A stretch of 64,000 bases of DNA. It comes from Deltaproteobacteria bacterium (GTDB lineage Bacteria; Myxococcota; Kuafuiibacteriia; Kuafuiibacteriales; Kuafuiibacteriaceae). Of this stretch, positions 55,833 through 64,000 are shown piece by piece (the first letter of the stretch is position 1; each line of letters begins with the position of its first letter). The notes under the pieces were generated by a model. The model was not told the origin of the DNA and did not search any database. It saw nothing but the letters and a program-made list of their open reading frames with translations. A program made the position numbers and the translations under genes. Location of the stretch: the NCBI GenBank assembly GCA_040218735.1, contig JAVJQW010000007.1:128001-192000 (forward strand), given 5' to 3'.

Positions 55833-56384
55833 ATGGACCCCGTCATCAGCATCGATCGCACGAAGGCCACGCTGCGCATCGGCGATCTCGCGAAGCGTGC
55901 CGAGAAGAGCACGCGCGCGGTGCGGCTGTACGAGGACATGGGCCTGCTCGGTCCGGCCGTCCGGACGGAGGGGGGCCACCGGCTGTATACGAACGCCGCC
56001 CTGGTGCGGCTGAGCTGGATCGACAAGCTCCAGCTGCTCGGTTTCTCGCTGCACGAGATCCGCACCTTCCTCGACGACCTGGAGGCCGCCGGTCAGGGCC
56101 CCAAGGCGATGGAGAAGGTCCGCAGCATGTTCGAGGCGAAACACGACGAGGTACGGGCGCAGATCCAGGCGCTCGAGTCGCTGTCGGACGAGCTGACCGA
56201 AGGCATCCAGTACCTGACCACCTGCACGACCTCCTGCGAGCCGCACACGCTGCTGCACGCGTGCAAGGCGTGTGACCACGAACATTCGATCGAACCGCCG
56301 ATGCTCATCACCGGCATTCACGAAGGCGGCCCCAAGGCCGCCGACGAGGGCGGCGAAGCAGCCGCCGAGGGCACCCTGACGTGA
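55833..56384 (+). CDS. MerR-family transcriptional regulator with a Cys/His-rich C-terminus
   Basis: LRIGDLAK...[12 protein letters not shown]...[18 protein letters not shown], coiled coil, then [25 protein letters not shown] overlap with iscS. Confidence 0.93.
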   Translation: MDPVISIDRTKATLRIGDLAKRAEKSTRAVRLYEDMGLLGPAVRTEGGHRLYTNAALVRLSWIDKLQLLGFSLHEIRTFLDDLEAAGQGPKAMEKVRSMFEAKHDEVRAQIQALESLSDELTEGIQYLTTCTTSCEPHTLLHACKACDHEHSIEPPMLITGIHEGGPKAADEGGEAAAEGTLT

Positions 56385-57745
56385 AGCTCCCCATCTACAT
56401 GGACTACAACTCCACGACGCCGGTCGATCCGCGCGTCCTCGACGCGATGCGTCCGTTCTACGAGGACCGCTTCGGCAACGCCGCGTCGCGCTCGCACCAG
56501 TTCGGCTGGGTCGCCGAAGAGGCGGTCGACTACGCGCGCGAGCAGGTCGCGAAGCTCGTCGGCGCGACGCCCGCGGAGATCATCTTCACCTCCGGCGCCA
56601 CCGAGTCCGACAACCTCGCGCTCAAGGGCGTCGCGCACATGTACGGCATGACGCGCGCCGACAAGATGACGCTCGACGCGCTCGCGAAGGGTCACAAGGA
56701 CGGCACGATCGAAAACGCCGAGGCCCTCGTCCCGCCGCGCTTCGGCGCGGTCGATCTCGACGAGATCGCCGAGCAGGGCGCCGCGAAGGTCTTCGCGAAC
56801 CGCGGGGACCACATCATCACGCTCACCACCGAGCACAAGGCCATCCTCGACAGCGCGAAGCGCCTCGAGAAGGAAGGCTTCCGCGTCACGTACCTCGGCG
56901 TGAAGCCGAACGGTCTCGTGGATCTCGAGGCGCTCGAGGCGGCGATCGAGGACGACACGATCCTCGTCTCCATCATGCTCGCCAACAACGAGATCGGCGT
57001 GCTGCAGCCGGTGAAGGAGATCGGCGCGCTGTGCCGGTCGAAGAAGGTGCTCTTCCACACCGACGCCGTGCAGGCGGTAGGCAAGGTCCCGGTGAACGTC
57101 GACGACATGAACATCGATCTCATGTCGATGTCCGCGCACAAGATGTACGGGCCGAAGGGCGTGGGCGCGCTGTACGTGCGTCGCCGTCGCCCGCGCGTGC
57201 GCCTCGAAGCGACGATCGACGGCGGCGGCCACGAGCGCGGGATGCGCAGCGGCACGCTCAACGTCGCGGGCATCGTGGGCTTCGGGAAGGCGGCGGAGAT
57301 CTGCAACAAAGAGCTCGAGACCGAGGCCAAGAAGCTCACCGAGCTGCGGAACCACTTCTGGAACAAACTGTCGGGCGAGCTCGACTTCGTGTTCGTCAAC
57401 GGCGACGCCGACCAGCGGCTCCCCGGAAACCTCAACGTGTCGTTTGCGTACGTGGAGGGTGAGGCGCTGATGATGGCGATCAAGGACGTCGCGGTGTCGT
57501 CCGGGTCGGCGTGCACCTCTGCGTCGCTGGAGCCGTCGTACGTGCTGCGTGCGCTCGGCGTCGGCGACGACCTCGCACACAGCTCGATTCGCTTCGGGCT
57601 GGGGCGCTTCACCACCGAGGAGGAGGTCGACTACGTCGCGAACCTCGTCGTCGAGAAGGTGAAGAAGCTCCGCGACATGTCACCCCTCTACGAGATGGCC
57701 CAAGAGGGCATCGATCTCGACAGCATCGAATGGGCGGCGCACTGA
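56381..57745 (+). CDS. iscS: Cysteine desulfurase IscS (with ~50-aa insertion)
   Basis: [67 protein letters not shown]. Confidence 0.97.
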   Translation: MKLPIYMDYNSTTPVDPRVLDAMRPFYEDRFGNAASRSHQFGWVAEEAVDYAREQVAKLVGATPAEIIFTSGATESDNLALKGVAHMYGMTRADKMTLDALAKGHKDGTIENAEALVPPRFGAVDLDEIAEQGAAKVFANRGDHIITLTTEHKAILDSAKRLEKEGFRVTYLGVKPNGLVDLEALEAAIEDDTILVSIMLANNEIGVLQPVKEIGALCRSKKVLFHTDAVQAVGKVPVNVDDMNIDLMSMSAHKMYGPKGVGALYVRRRRPRVRLEATIDGGGHERGMRSGTLNVAGIVGFGKAAEICNKELETEAKKLTELRNHFWNKLSGELDFVFVNGDADQRLPGNLNVSFAYVEGEALMMAIKDVAVSSGSACTSASLEPSYVLRALGVGDDLAHSSIRFGLGRFTTEEEVDYVANLVVEKVKKLRDMSPLYEMAQEGIDLDSIEWAAH

Positions 57746-57770
57746 AGCGCCGAGATAGGAATCATCCACC

Positions 57771-58175
57771 ATGGCCTACAACGATAAAGTCATCGACCAC
57801 TACGAGAACCCGCGGAACGTGGGGACCCTCGACAAGGAAGACGAGAACGTCGGCACGGGGCTCGTCGGCGCACCCGCGTGCGGCGACGTGATGCGGCTGC
57901 AGATTCGGGTCGGCGACGACGGGACGATCGAAGACGCGAAGTTCAAGACGTTCGGTTGTGGCTCGGCGATCGCCTCCTCCTCGCTCGTGACGGAGTGGGT
58001 GAAGGGCAAGTCGGTCGACTGGGCCGAGTCGCTCAAGAACGACAAGATCGTCGAAGAGCTGTCCCTGCCGCCGGTGAAGGTGCACTGCTCCGTGCTGGCG
58101 GAGGACGCGATCAAGGCGGCGGTGGCCGACTGGCGGAAGAAGAAGACCGCCAAGGCTGCGCCGACCGAGGAGTAA
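57771..58175 (+). CDS. iscU: Fe-S cluster scaffold IscU
   Basis: VIDHYENPRNVG, GAPACGDVM, FKTFGCGSAIASSS, LPPVKVHCSVLAEDAIKAA. Confidence 0.98.
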   Translation: MAYNDKVIDHYENPRNVGTLDKEDENVGTGLVGAPACGDVMRLQIRVGDDGTIEDAKFKTFGCGSAIASSSLVTEWVKGKSVDWAESLKNDKIVEELSLPPVKVHCSVLAEDAIKAAVADWRKKKTAKAAPTEE

Positions 58176-58177
58176 TC

Positions 58178-58549
58178 ATGGCGCTCGACATCCTCCAAGA
58201 GAAGCCGAAGGCGACCGGTACCCTCGAGGTGACCGAGCCCGCCGCGAAGGCGATCGCCAAGTTCCTGAAGACCAACGACGCCCCGGACGGCGCCGGTCTG
58301 CGGGTCGGCGTCCGCGGCGGCGGGTGCAGCGGCCTGTCCTACTACCTCGACGTCGAGACCGCCGCGCGCGACAACGACCACGTGATCGACGCACACGGCG
58401 TGAGCGTCTACGTCGATCCGAAGAGCCTGTTGTTCCTGCAGGGCACGACGCTCGACTACGTCTCCGGGTTGATGGAGTCGGGCTTCAAGTTCGTGAACCC
58501 CAAGGCCGGCAAGGCCTGCGGCTGCGGCGAGAGCTTCTCCCCCGTCTGA
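58178..58549 (+). CDS. iscA: A-type Fe-S carrier IscA
   Basis: LRVGVRGGGCSGLSY, VDPKSL, F.NP, CGCGESF. ATG at 58178. Confidence 0.96.
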   Translation: MALDILQEKPKATGTLEVTEPAAKAIAKFLKTNDAPDGAGLRVGVRGGGCSGLSYYLDVETAARDNDHVIDAHGVSVYVDPKSLLFLQGTTLDYVSGLMESGFKFVNPKAGKACGCGESFSPV

Positions 58550-58554
58550 TCGCC

Positions 58555-59145
58555 ATGGATTGCTGGTCTTGCGGTGCGGAGCGCGGCGACGCGCTCTTCT
58601 GCACCACGTGCAAAATCCTCCAGCCGGAGTCGAAGAAAGAGGACTGGTTCGCGGCGCTCGGTGTGGAGAAGAAGTTCTCCATCGACACCAAGGCGCTCGC
58701 GAAGGCCTTCCGTACGCGCTCGGTGAAGGTGCATCCGGACCGGTTCGCGCAGAAGTCCGCCGTGGAGCGGCGCCTCGCGGTGCAGCACACCGCGAAGCTC
58801 AACGACGCCTACCGCACCCTCTCGGATCCTCACAAACGCGCCGAGTACCTCATGAAGCTGGAGGGCGTGGAGATCGGCGGCGAAGAGCAGCGCACGAACG
58901 ACCCCGAGTTCCTGATGGCGATGATGGAGCTGCAGGAGGAGGCGGACGGCGCGAAGACCGCGGGCGCGATCGACGCGATGCTGGAGCGGGTCGAAGGCAT
59001 CCGCACCGGTGAGCTGGACAAGGTCCGCGCCTACTTCGACGACGGCGTCGGCGAGCGCGCGCAGATCGTACGTGCGCTCGACGCGCTGAGGTACTACATG
59101 CGCCTCGTCGAACGCCTGACGGCACGACGAGAAGAAGCGAGCTGA
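58555..59145 (+). CDS. hscB: Co-chaperone HscB with N-terminal tetracysteine motif
   Basis: MDCWSC...FCTTCKILQP, J-domain HPDRF, LNDAYRTL..P.KRAEYL, DPEFLMAMMEL. Confidence 0.93.
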   Translation: MDCWSCGAERGDALFCTTCKILQPESKKEDWFAALGVEKKFSIDTKALAKAFRTRSVKVHPDRFAQKSAVERRLAVQHTAKLNDAYRTLSDPHKRAEYLMKLEGVEIGGEEQRTNDPEFLMAMMELQEEADGAKTAGAIDAMLERVEGIRTGELDKVRAYFDDGVGERAQIVRALDALRYYMRLVERLTARREEAS

Positions 59146-59151
59146 ACGACC

Positions 59152-61008
59152 ATGGGCCTCCTACAGATCGGCGGTGCGCCGAAAGCCAAATGCGCGGGAC
59201 GCGTCGCGGGGATCGACCTCGGGACGACCTACTCACTCGTCGCCACCGTGCGCGACGGTTCCCCGACCGTGCTCCTCGACGACGAGGACCGCGCCACCTT
59301 CCCCTCCGTGGTGTGGTTCGGCGAGGGCGACGCGCGGGTGGTCGGCCACGACGCTCGCACGAAGGCGGGCGGTGGCGAGGGCACCGTCATCGCGAGCGCC
59401 AAGCGCTTCATGGGGCGCGCGCAGGTCGAGGCGCAGGCGGACGACGAGCTCACGCCCTACGTCTTCTCGAGCGAGGTCGACGGGCCGGTCGTGTACTTCG
59501 ACCTCGCGGACGGACGTCGCGTCACGCCGATCGAAGTGTCGGCGCACGTGCTCGCCGCGCTGAAGGCACGCGCGGAAGAACAGCTCGAAGGCCCCCTCGA
59601 CGGCGTGGTCATCACGGTCCCCGCGTACTTCGACGACGCGCAGCGCCAGGCGACGAAGGACGCCGCGCGCCTCGCGGGCCTCACGGTGCTGCGCCTGCTG
59701 AACGAGCCGACGGCCGCGGCGCTCGCGTACGGCCTCGACCAGAAGAAGGAGGGGATGTTCGCCGTCTTCGACCTCGGCGGCGGCACGTTCGACATCTCGA
59801 TCCTCACGCTCGACGACGGCGTCTTCCAGGTCCTCACGACCGGCGGTGACTCGCGCCTCGGTGGCGACGACTTCGACCGCGCCATCGCGGAGCACTTCCT
59901 CGCGTCGCAGGGCGTCGAGCCCGCGAAGGCCGCCCCCGACGTCGCGGCGCGTGCGCTCGCTGCGGCGCGCACGGCGAAGGAAGCGCTCACGGAGGCCGAC
60001 GAGGCCAGCCTCGAGATCGAGGGCCAGTCCCATACTCTTACGCGCTCGCAGATGGACGAGCTGATCCTCCCCACGCTGCGCCGCACGGAGAAACACATTC
60101 AGCGCGTGCTCGCCGACGTCGGGCTGTCGGGAGACGAGCTCGACGGCGTGGTGCTCGTCGGTGGCTCCACGCGGGTGCCGGCGGTGCGTACGTACGTCGA
60201 GAAGCTGTTCGGCCAGAAGCCGCTCGCCGACCTCGATCCGGATCGCGTCGTCGCGCTCGGCGCGGCGGTGCAAGCGGACTTGCTCGGCGGCGAGGGTCCG
60301 CGCGACGACGTGCTGCTGCTCGACGTCCTCCCGCTCTCGCTGGGCGTGGAGACGATGGGCGGCGTGGTCGAGAAGATCCTCCACCGAAACCAGACCATCC
60401 CCGCCACCGCGCAGCAGGAGTTCACGACCTACGCGGACGGGCAGACCGGGATGGACTTCCACGTCGTGCAGGGCGAGCGCGAGCTCGTCAGCGACGGCCG
60501 TTCGCTCGCGCGCTTCAAGCTGTCCGGAATCCCGCCCATGGGCGCGGGGATGGGCCGGGTGCTGGTGACGTTCGAGGTCGACGCGGACGGCATCCTGCAC
60601 GTCTCGGCGGAGGAGCAGACCACGAAGAAGCGCGCCAGCGTCCAGGTGAAGCCGTCCTACGGGCTCGACGACGAGACCGTGGAGCGGATGATCATGGAGT
60701 CCTTCCAGTTCGCGCAGGCGGACGTCGACGAGCGCCTCTTCGTCGAGCACCGCGTCGAGGCGGAGCGAATCATCGCCGCGCTCACGCGCGCGATGGAGGA
60801 GGACGGCGCGCTCCTCGCCGACGACGAGCGCGAGGCCCTGAACGCCGGCATCGCGTCCATCGAGGCTGCGGTGGAGGCCAAGAACGCGGGCCTGGTCCGC
60901 GAGCGCGTCGACCAGCTCGACGCCCTCTCCGCGGACTTCGCCGTCCGCCGCATGAACCAGTCGATCGGCGACGCCCTCCGAGGCCAGCAGGCCGAGGGGT
61001 TGGGCTGA
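59152..61008 (+). CDS. hscA: Hsp70-family chaperone HscA
   Basis: [56 protein letters not shown]. Located in the isc operon. Confidence 0.95.
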   Translation: MGLLQIGGAPKAKCAGRVAGIDLGTTYSLVATVRDGSPTVLLDDEDRATFPSVVWFGEGDARVVGHDARTKAGGGEGTVIASAKRFMGRAQVEAQADDELTPYVFSSEVDGPVVYFDLADGRRVTPIEVSAHVLAALKARAEEQLEGPLDGVVITVPAYFDDAQRQATKDAARLAGLTVLRLLNEPTAAALAYGLDQKKEGMFAVFDLGGGTFDISILTLDDGVFQVLTTGGDSRLGGDDFDRAIAEHFLASQGVEPAKAAPDVAARALAAARTAKEALTEADEASLEIEGQSHTLTRSQMDELILPTLRRTEKHIQRVLADVGLSGDELDGVVLVGGSTRVPAVRTYVEKLFGQKPLADLDPDRVVALGAAVQADLLGGEGPRDDVLLLDVLPLSLGVETMGGVVEKILHRNQTIPATAQQEFTTYADGQTGMDFHVVQGERELVSDGRSLARFKLSGIPPMGAGMGRVLVTFEVDADGILHVSAEEQTTKKRASVQVKPSYGLDDETVERMIMESFQFAQADVDERLFVEHRVEAERIIAALTRAMEEDGALLADDEREALNAGIASIEAAVEAKNAGLVRERVDQLDALSADFAVRRMNQSIGDALRGQQAEGLG

Positions 61009-61134
61009 GGCCTGTTCGACCCGTCTTCCCCCCGTTCTGCGCCATCTCGCGTCGATCCCCTCAACGTTTCCGAGATTCGGTCGAAGGATACGGCAAGCCC
61101 CCTTCACCTGGGTCGGAGGGCCGGGAGAACTGCC

Positions 61135-63387
61135 GTGTCGCAAACGCCACTTCCGCGCGCGATGACGCCGCCGCCTGCACCGCAGGCGACGAGGCGCGGA
61201 CGTGTGCCGTGGGATCCGGTGGCGCGGCCGCCCGCGGCGCCGCCGCCGCCTCGCGCCGCGGCTCGCCCGGTCGGGACCTCCGACGTGGCGCCCGAAGCCG
61301 TGGTGTCCCCGGTCGGCAAGACGTACGGGCGCTACCGAATCCTCTCCGTCATCCAGCGCGGCGGGATGGGCGAGATCTTCCTCGGCGAGTTCATCGACCC
61401 GGTTCAGTACGGGCAGCAGGTCGTCCTGAAGCGGTTGCTCGCCGACTTCGACGAGGACGAGCGCTACCGCTCGATGTTCGGCGCCGAGGCGCGGGTGATG
61501 CTCCGGATGGACCACCCGAACATCGTGAAGGTCTTCGACGCGCCGATGATCGAAGGCAAGCCGTGCCTGGCGATGGAGTTCGTCCACGGCCGCAACGTCA
61601 ACCAGATCCTCAAGCGATGCCGAAAGAGCGGCCGGCTGATGCCGCCGCAGATCGCGGTGTCGATCCTCCTGCACGTCCTCGAAGGGCTGCAGTACGCACA
61701 CACGATGGTGCTCGAGGACGGGTGTCCGCTGGACCTCGTCCACCGCGACGTCACGCCCGGCAACATCCTCGTCTCGTTCGACGGGGCGGTGAAGATGACG
61801 GACTTCGGGATCGCGAAGTCCAAGATGTCGGTGGTGTCGACGACGGTCGGCGTCGTGAAGGGCACGACGCGGTACCTCTCGCCCGAGCAGATACGCAGCG
61901 AGAACGTCGACGGTCGCTCCGACATCTTCTCCGCCGCCACCGTCCTGACCGAGATGCTCACGGGCGCGCCGCTCTTCGACCGCGGTGCGGTGCCCCCTAC
62001 GCTGTTTGCGATCATCAAGGGGCAGCGCAAACCCATCGCGGACCTGCTGCCGTTCCCCGCGCCGCGCCTCGCCGCCGCGCTGGAGAAGGCGCTGTCCGTC
62101 TCCCCGCGCGACCGATTCACGAGCGCCGAAGCGTTCGCCGCGGCGCTCCGCGACGCGCAGCGTGAGCTCGGCCGTCCGCTCGCGCCGGGGGCGCTCGGGC
62201 GCTTCGTGCAGGAGCTCTTCGATGACCGTCCGGTGCCGGTGAAGAAGCCGAAGCCGGTGGCGGGCCCCGAGAACCCCTCGCTCGACCTGACCTACCTGTT
62301 CGAGGTCAACGAGGGCAGCGGCTCCCACGCCGTGCGCGAGATTTCGGCGCTCGACACGCCGGACATCGAAGCGATCAGCGGCGACCTCGCGGGGGGCACC
62401 CCGCTGTCGGCCGAGCAGTTCGAGGCGCCGCGCGCCGCGCCGCCGCCTCCGCCGCCCGTGAGTCAGCGGATGGAGCTCCCGGAGTTCCCGGACGTCGAGA
62501 CCTCGCCGTCGCGGTCGGTCCCGATCTCCGAGGTCGGCGTCGAGCGCAGCGAGGCCCTGCGGCCGCTCGATCTGATGGACGAGGTCGCGCGCGAGCTGGA
62601 CATCGACGCCCCGCCGCCGCCGCGCTTCCCGCCGGCGCGTTCGCCGAGCAACGGGACGCCCGCGCGGCTGCGCGCGCCATATCGCCCAACGCCTTCGCGG
62701 CTCCCCGCCGACCTGTTCGTCGAGCCGTCCACGCAGGACGTCGAGGCGGAAGCCGACGCGTTTTCGAGCAACCGCGCGCTCATCCTCGGTGCGCTCGAGG
62801 AGGCCGTCTCTCCTCAGGTCGTCGAGGACGACGCCGCGACTTCGGCCTCGTCCGAGGTCGCTGCGCGGCCGGCGCGGTCCACGAAGACGCGCGTGCTCTT
62901 CCTCGCGGGGATCCTGTGCGGCGCGCTCCTCGTGTGGGGCATGACGGCGCTCGTCGCCGGGATGTTCGAAGAGGCGCCCGAGGCGCCGAAGCGCGCGGAG
63001 CGAACGACGCGGTCCGTGGCTCCCGCCAGCGAAGCGCCTTCGGCGCAGGACCCCGCGGCGCCCGACTCCGCGACGGCGCCTGTCCCCGCGGCGGCGCCCA
63101 ACGCGGTGGAGGCGCCCATCGTCAGCACGTCGCCCGAGGCTGCGTCAGGCGCCGAGCGAGGCCATATCGATCTGCTCCGGCCGCGCGGCGCGCGGGTCTT
63201 CATCGACGGTGTTCGCCTGAGCAAGCGGGTGCCGATCCGCGACTTCCGCGTGGAGCCGGGACATCGGAAGATCTTGGTGACGAAGGGCCGGTACCGGCGC
63301 TGGCTGGAGATCGACGTCGAGGCGGGTCAGTACTTCGACCTCACCGACGGCGAGATCGTCGAAGTCGACGCGACGCCTGATCAGTAG
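61135..63387 (+). CDS. Membrane Ser/Thr protein kinase with Pro-rich linker and C-terminal PEGA-like domain
   Basis: RGGMGEIF, VLKRL, HRDVTPGNIL, DFGIAK, GTTRYLSPEQ, TM helix, GARVFIDG...VEPGHRKI. Confidence 0.93.
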   Translation: MSQTPLPRAMTPPPAPQATRRGRVPWDPVARPPAAPPPPRAAARPVGTSDVAPEAVVSPVGKTYGRYRILSVIQRGGMGEIFLGEFIDPVQYGQQVVLKRLLADFDEDERYRSMFGAEARVMLRMDHPNIVKVFDAPMIEGKPCLAMEFVHGRNVNQILKRCRKSGRLMPPQIAVSILLHVLEGLQYAHTMVLEDGCPLDLVHRDVTPGNILVSFDGAVKMTDFGIAKSKMSVVSTTVGVVKGTTRYLSPEQIRSENVDGRSDIFSAATVLTEMLTGAPLFDRGAVPPTLFAIIKGQRKPIADLLPFPAPRLAAALEKALSVSPRDRFTSAEAFAAALRDAQRELGRPLAPGALGRFVQELFDDRPVPVKKPKPVAGPENPSLDLTYLFEVNEGSGSHAVREISALDTPDIEAISGDLAGGTPLSAEQFEAPRAAPPPPPPVSQRMELPEFPDVETSPSRSVPISEVGVERSEALRPLDLMDEVARELDIDAPPPPRFPPARSPSNGTPARLRAPYRPTPSRLPADLFVEPSTQDVEAEADAFSSNRALILGALEEAVSPQVVEDDAATSASSEVAARPARSTKTRVLFLAGILCGALLVWGMTALVAGMFEEAPEAPKRAERTTRSVAPASEAPSAQDPAAPDSATAPVPAAAPNAVEAPIVSTSPEAASGAERGHIDLLRPRGARVFIDGVRLSKRVPIRDFRVEPGHRKILVTKGRYRRWLEIDVEAGQYFDLTDGEIVEVDATPDQ

Positions 63388-64000
63388 AGGAAGTTCAGGT
63401 CCACGAAGAAGTTCGTGGCGTTGTACGCCGGGTCCTGGAAGTTCCACCACGGGAACCGCAGCGTGCGCGAGCTGTTGCCCGACTGGAAGAACGGCGACTG
63501 GAACGTCGTCCACCCGGCCGCGACCGAGAAGTTCGAGTTGATGACGTAGCTCGCCGACACCGAGCCCCACGTCAGCGAAGTCAGGGGCGTCGTGCCCGGG
63601 TTCGCGAAGGGGCTGGAGGTCGTCGGCATCACCTGCCCGTTGTCCGACTGGGAGTTGCTCTGGTCGTAGGCGATGATCTGCAGCACCGACAGCCCGATCG
63701 AGAAGTTGAACGAACCCAGGCCGTAGATCGCGTTGATCGTGTGCACGAACTGGTACGACGGCGCGGCGAGCGCCGAGTAGCAGTCGCCCGCGTCCGAGCG
63801 GCTCACGGAGTCACAGAACGCGAGGTCCGTCGTCGGCTTCGAAGGGCCGGCGTGTTTCGTGAACGACTCGGCGAGGACGAACGTGAGGTTACCCGGGCCG
63901 ACGTCGCGGAACGTCTTGATCGCGCTGCCGCCGAGCGCCACCGAGATGATTCGGTCCTGCGCCTGCGCGAGGAGCGACGTGGGCAGCACGAGGTTGACGT
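63381..64000 (-). CDS. C-terminal part of a probable outer-membrane beta-barrel/secreted protein (5' end outside window)
   Basis: Frame is open to the window edge. Alternating beta-strand pattern and aromatic C-terminal FFVDLNFLY. Confidence 0.55.
   Translation of the reverse strand, partial: VNLVLPTSLLAQAQDRIISVALGGSAIKTFRDVGPGNLTFVLAESFTKHAGPSKPTTDLAFCDSVSRSDAGDCYSALAAPSYQFVHTINAIYGLGSFNFSIGLSVLQIIAYDQSNSQSDNGQVMPTTSSPFANPGTTPLTSLTWGSVSASYVINSNFSVAAGWTTFQSPFFQSGNSSRTLRFPWWNFQDPAYNATNFFVDLNFLY

Noticed and set aside
56645-56800. Intein in IscS
   Set aside because: Too short and lacks the N-terminal Cys/Ser and C-terminal His-Asn splice motifs.
59233-62328. 1031-aa minus-strand ORF
   Set aside because: Antisense to hscA and the kinase. 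Antisense ORFs opposite Hsp70 genes are a known artefact.

Overview
Very GC-rich, densely coding bacterial DNA that looks like Myxococcota/Deltaproteobacteria (Ser/Thr kinases, a MYXO-CTERM-like sorting signal, Cys-rich and choice-of-anchor lipoproteins, a TraB-like OmpA protein). Contents: (i) a dispersed surface-glycan region (GT4/GT2/ArnT-like transferases, rffA/wecE, rmlC, wecB, cysQ, MurJ-like flippase, methyl-/acetyl-/carbamoyl-transferases, an SxtJ-SxtK-SxtI-SGNH module, a eukaryote/Bacteroidota-type carAB); (ii) sitting inside that region, a translationally coupled three-gene module: a 1733-aa protein with four novel N-terminal repeats and two midasin-like AAA+ domains, a small degenerate AAA-like protein, and an HEXXH/acidic-repeat/vWA(MIDAS) protein; (iii) cell-surface genes (DNase I-like lipoprotein, Ig-repeat and Cys-rich lipoproteins, TraB-like OmpA plus a giant Asp-rich surface protein); (iv) an isc operon (iscS-iscU-iscA-hscB-hscA) headed by a Cys-rich MerR regulator instead of IscR, with two TTGACG-N4-CGTCAA palindromes upstream. 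No rRNA, tRNA, CRISPR array or transposase was recognised. All family calls come from motif recognition by eye, with no database search.
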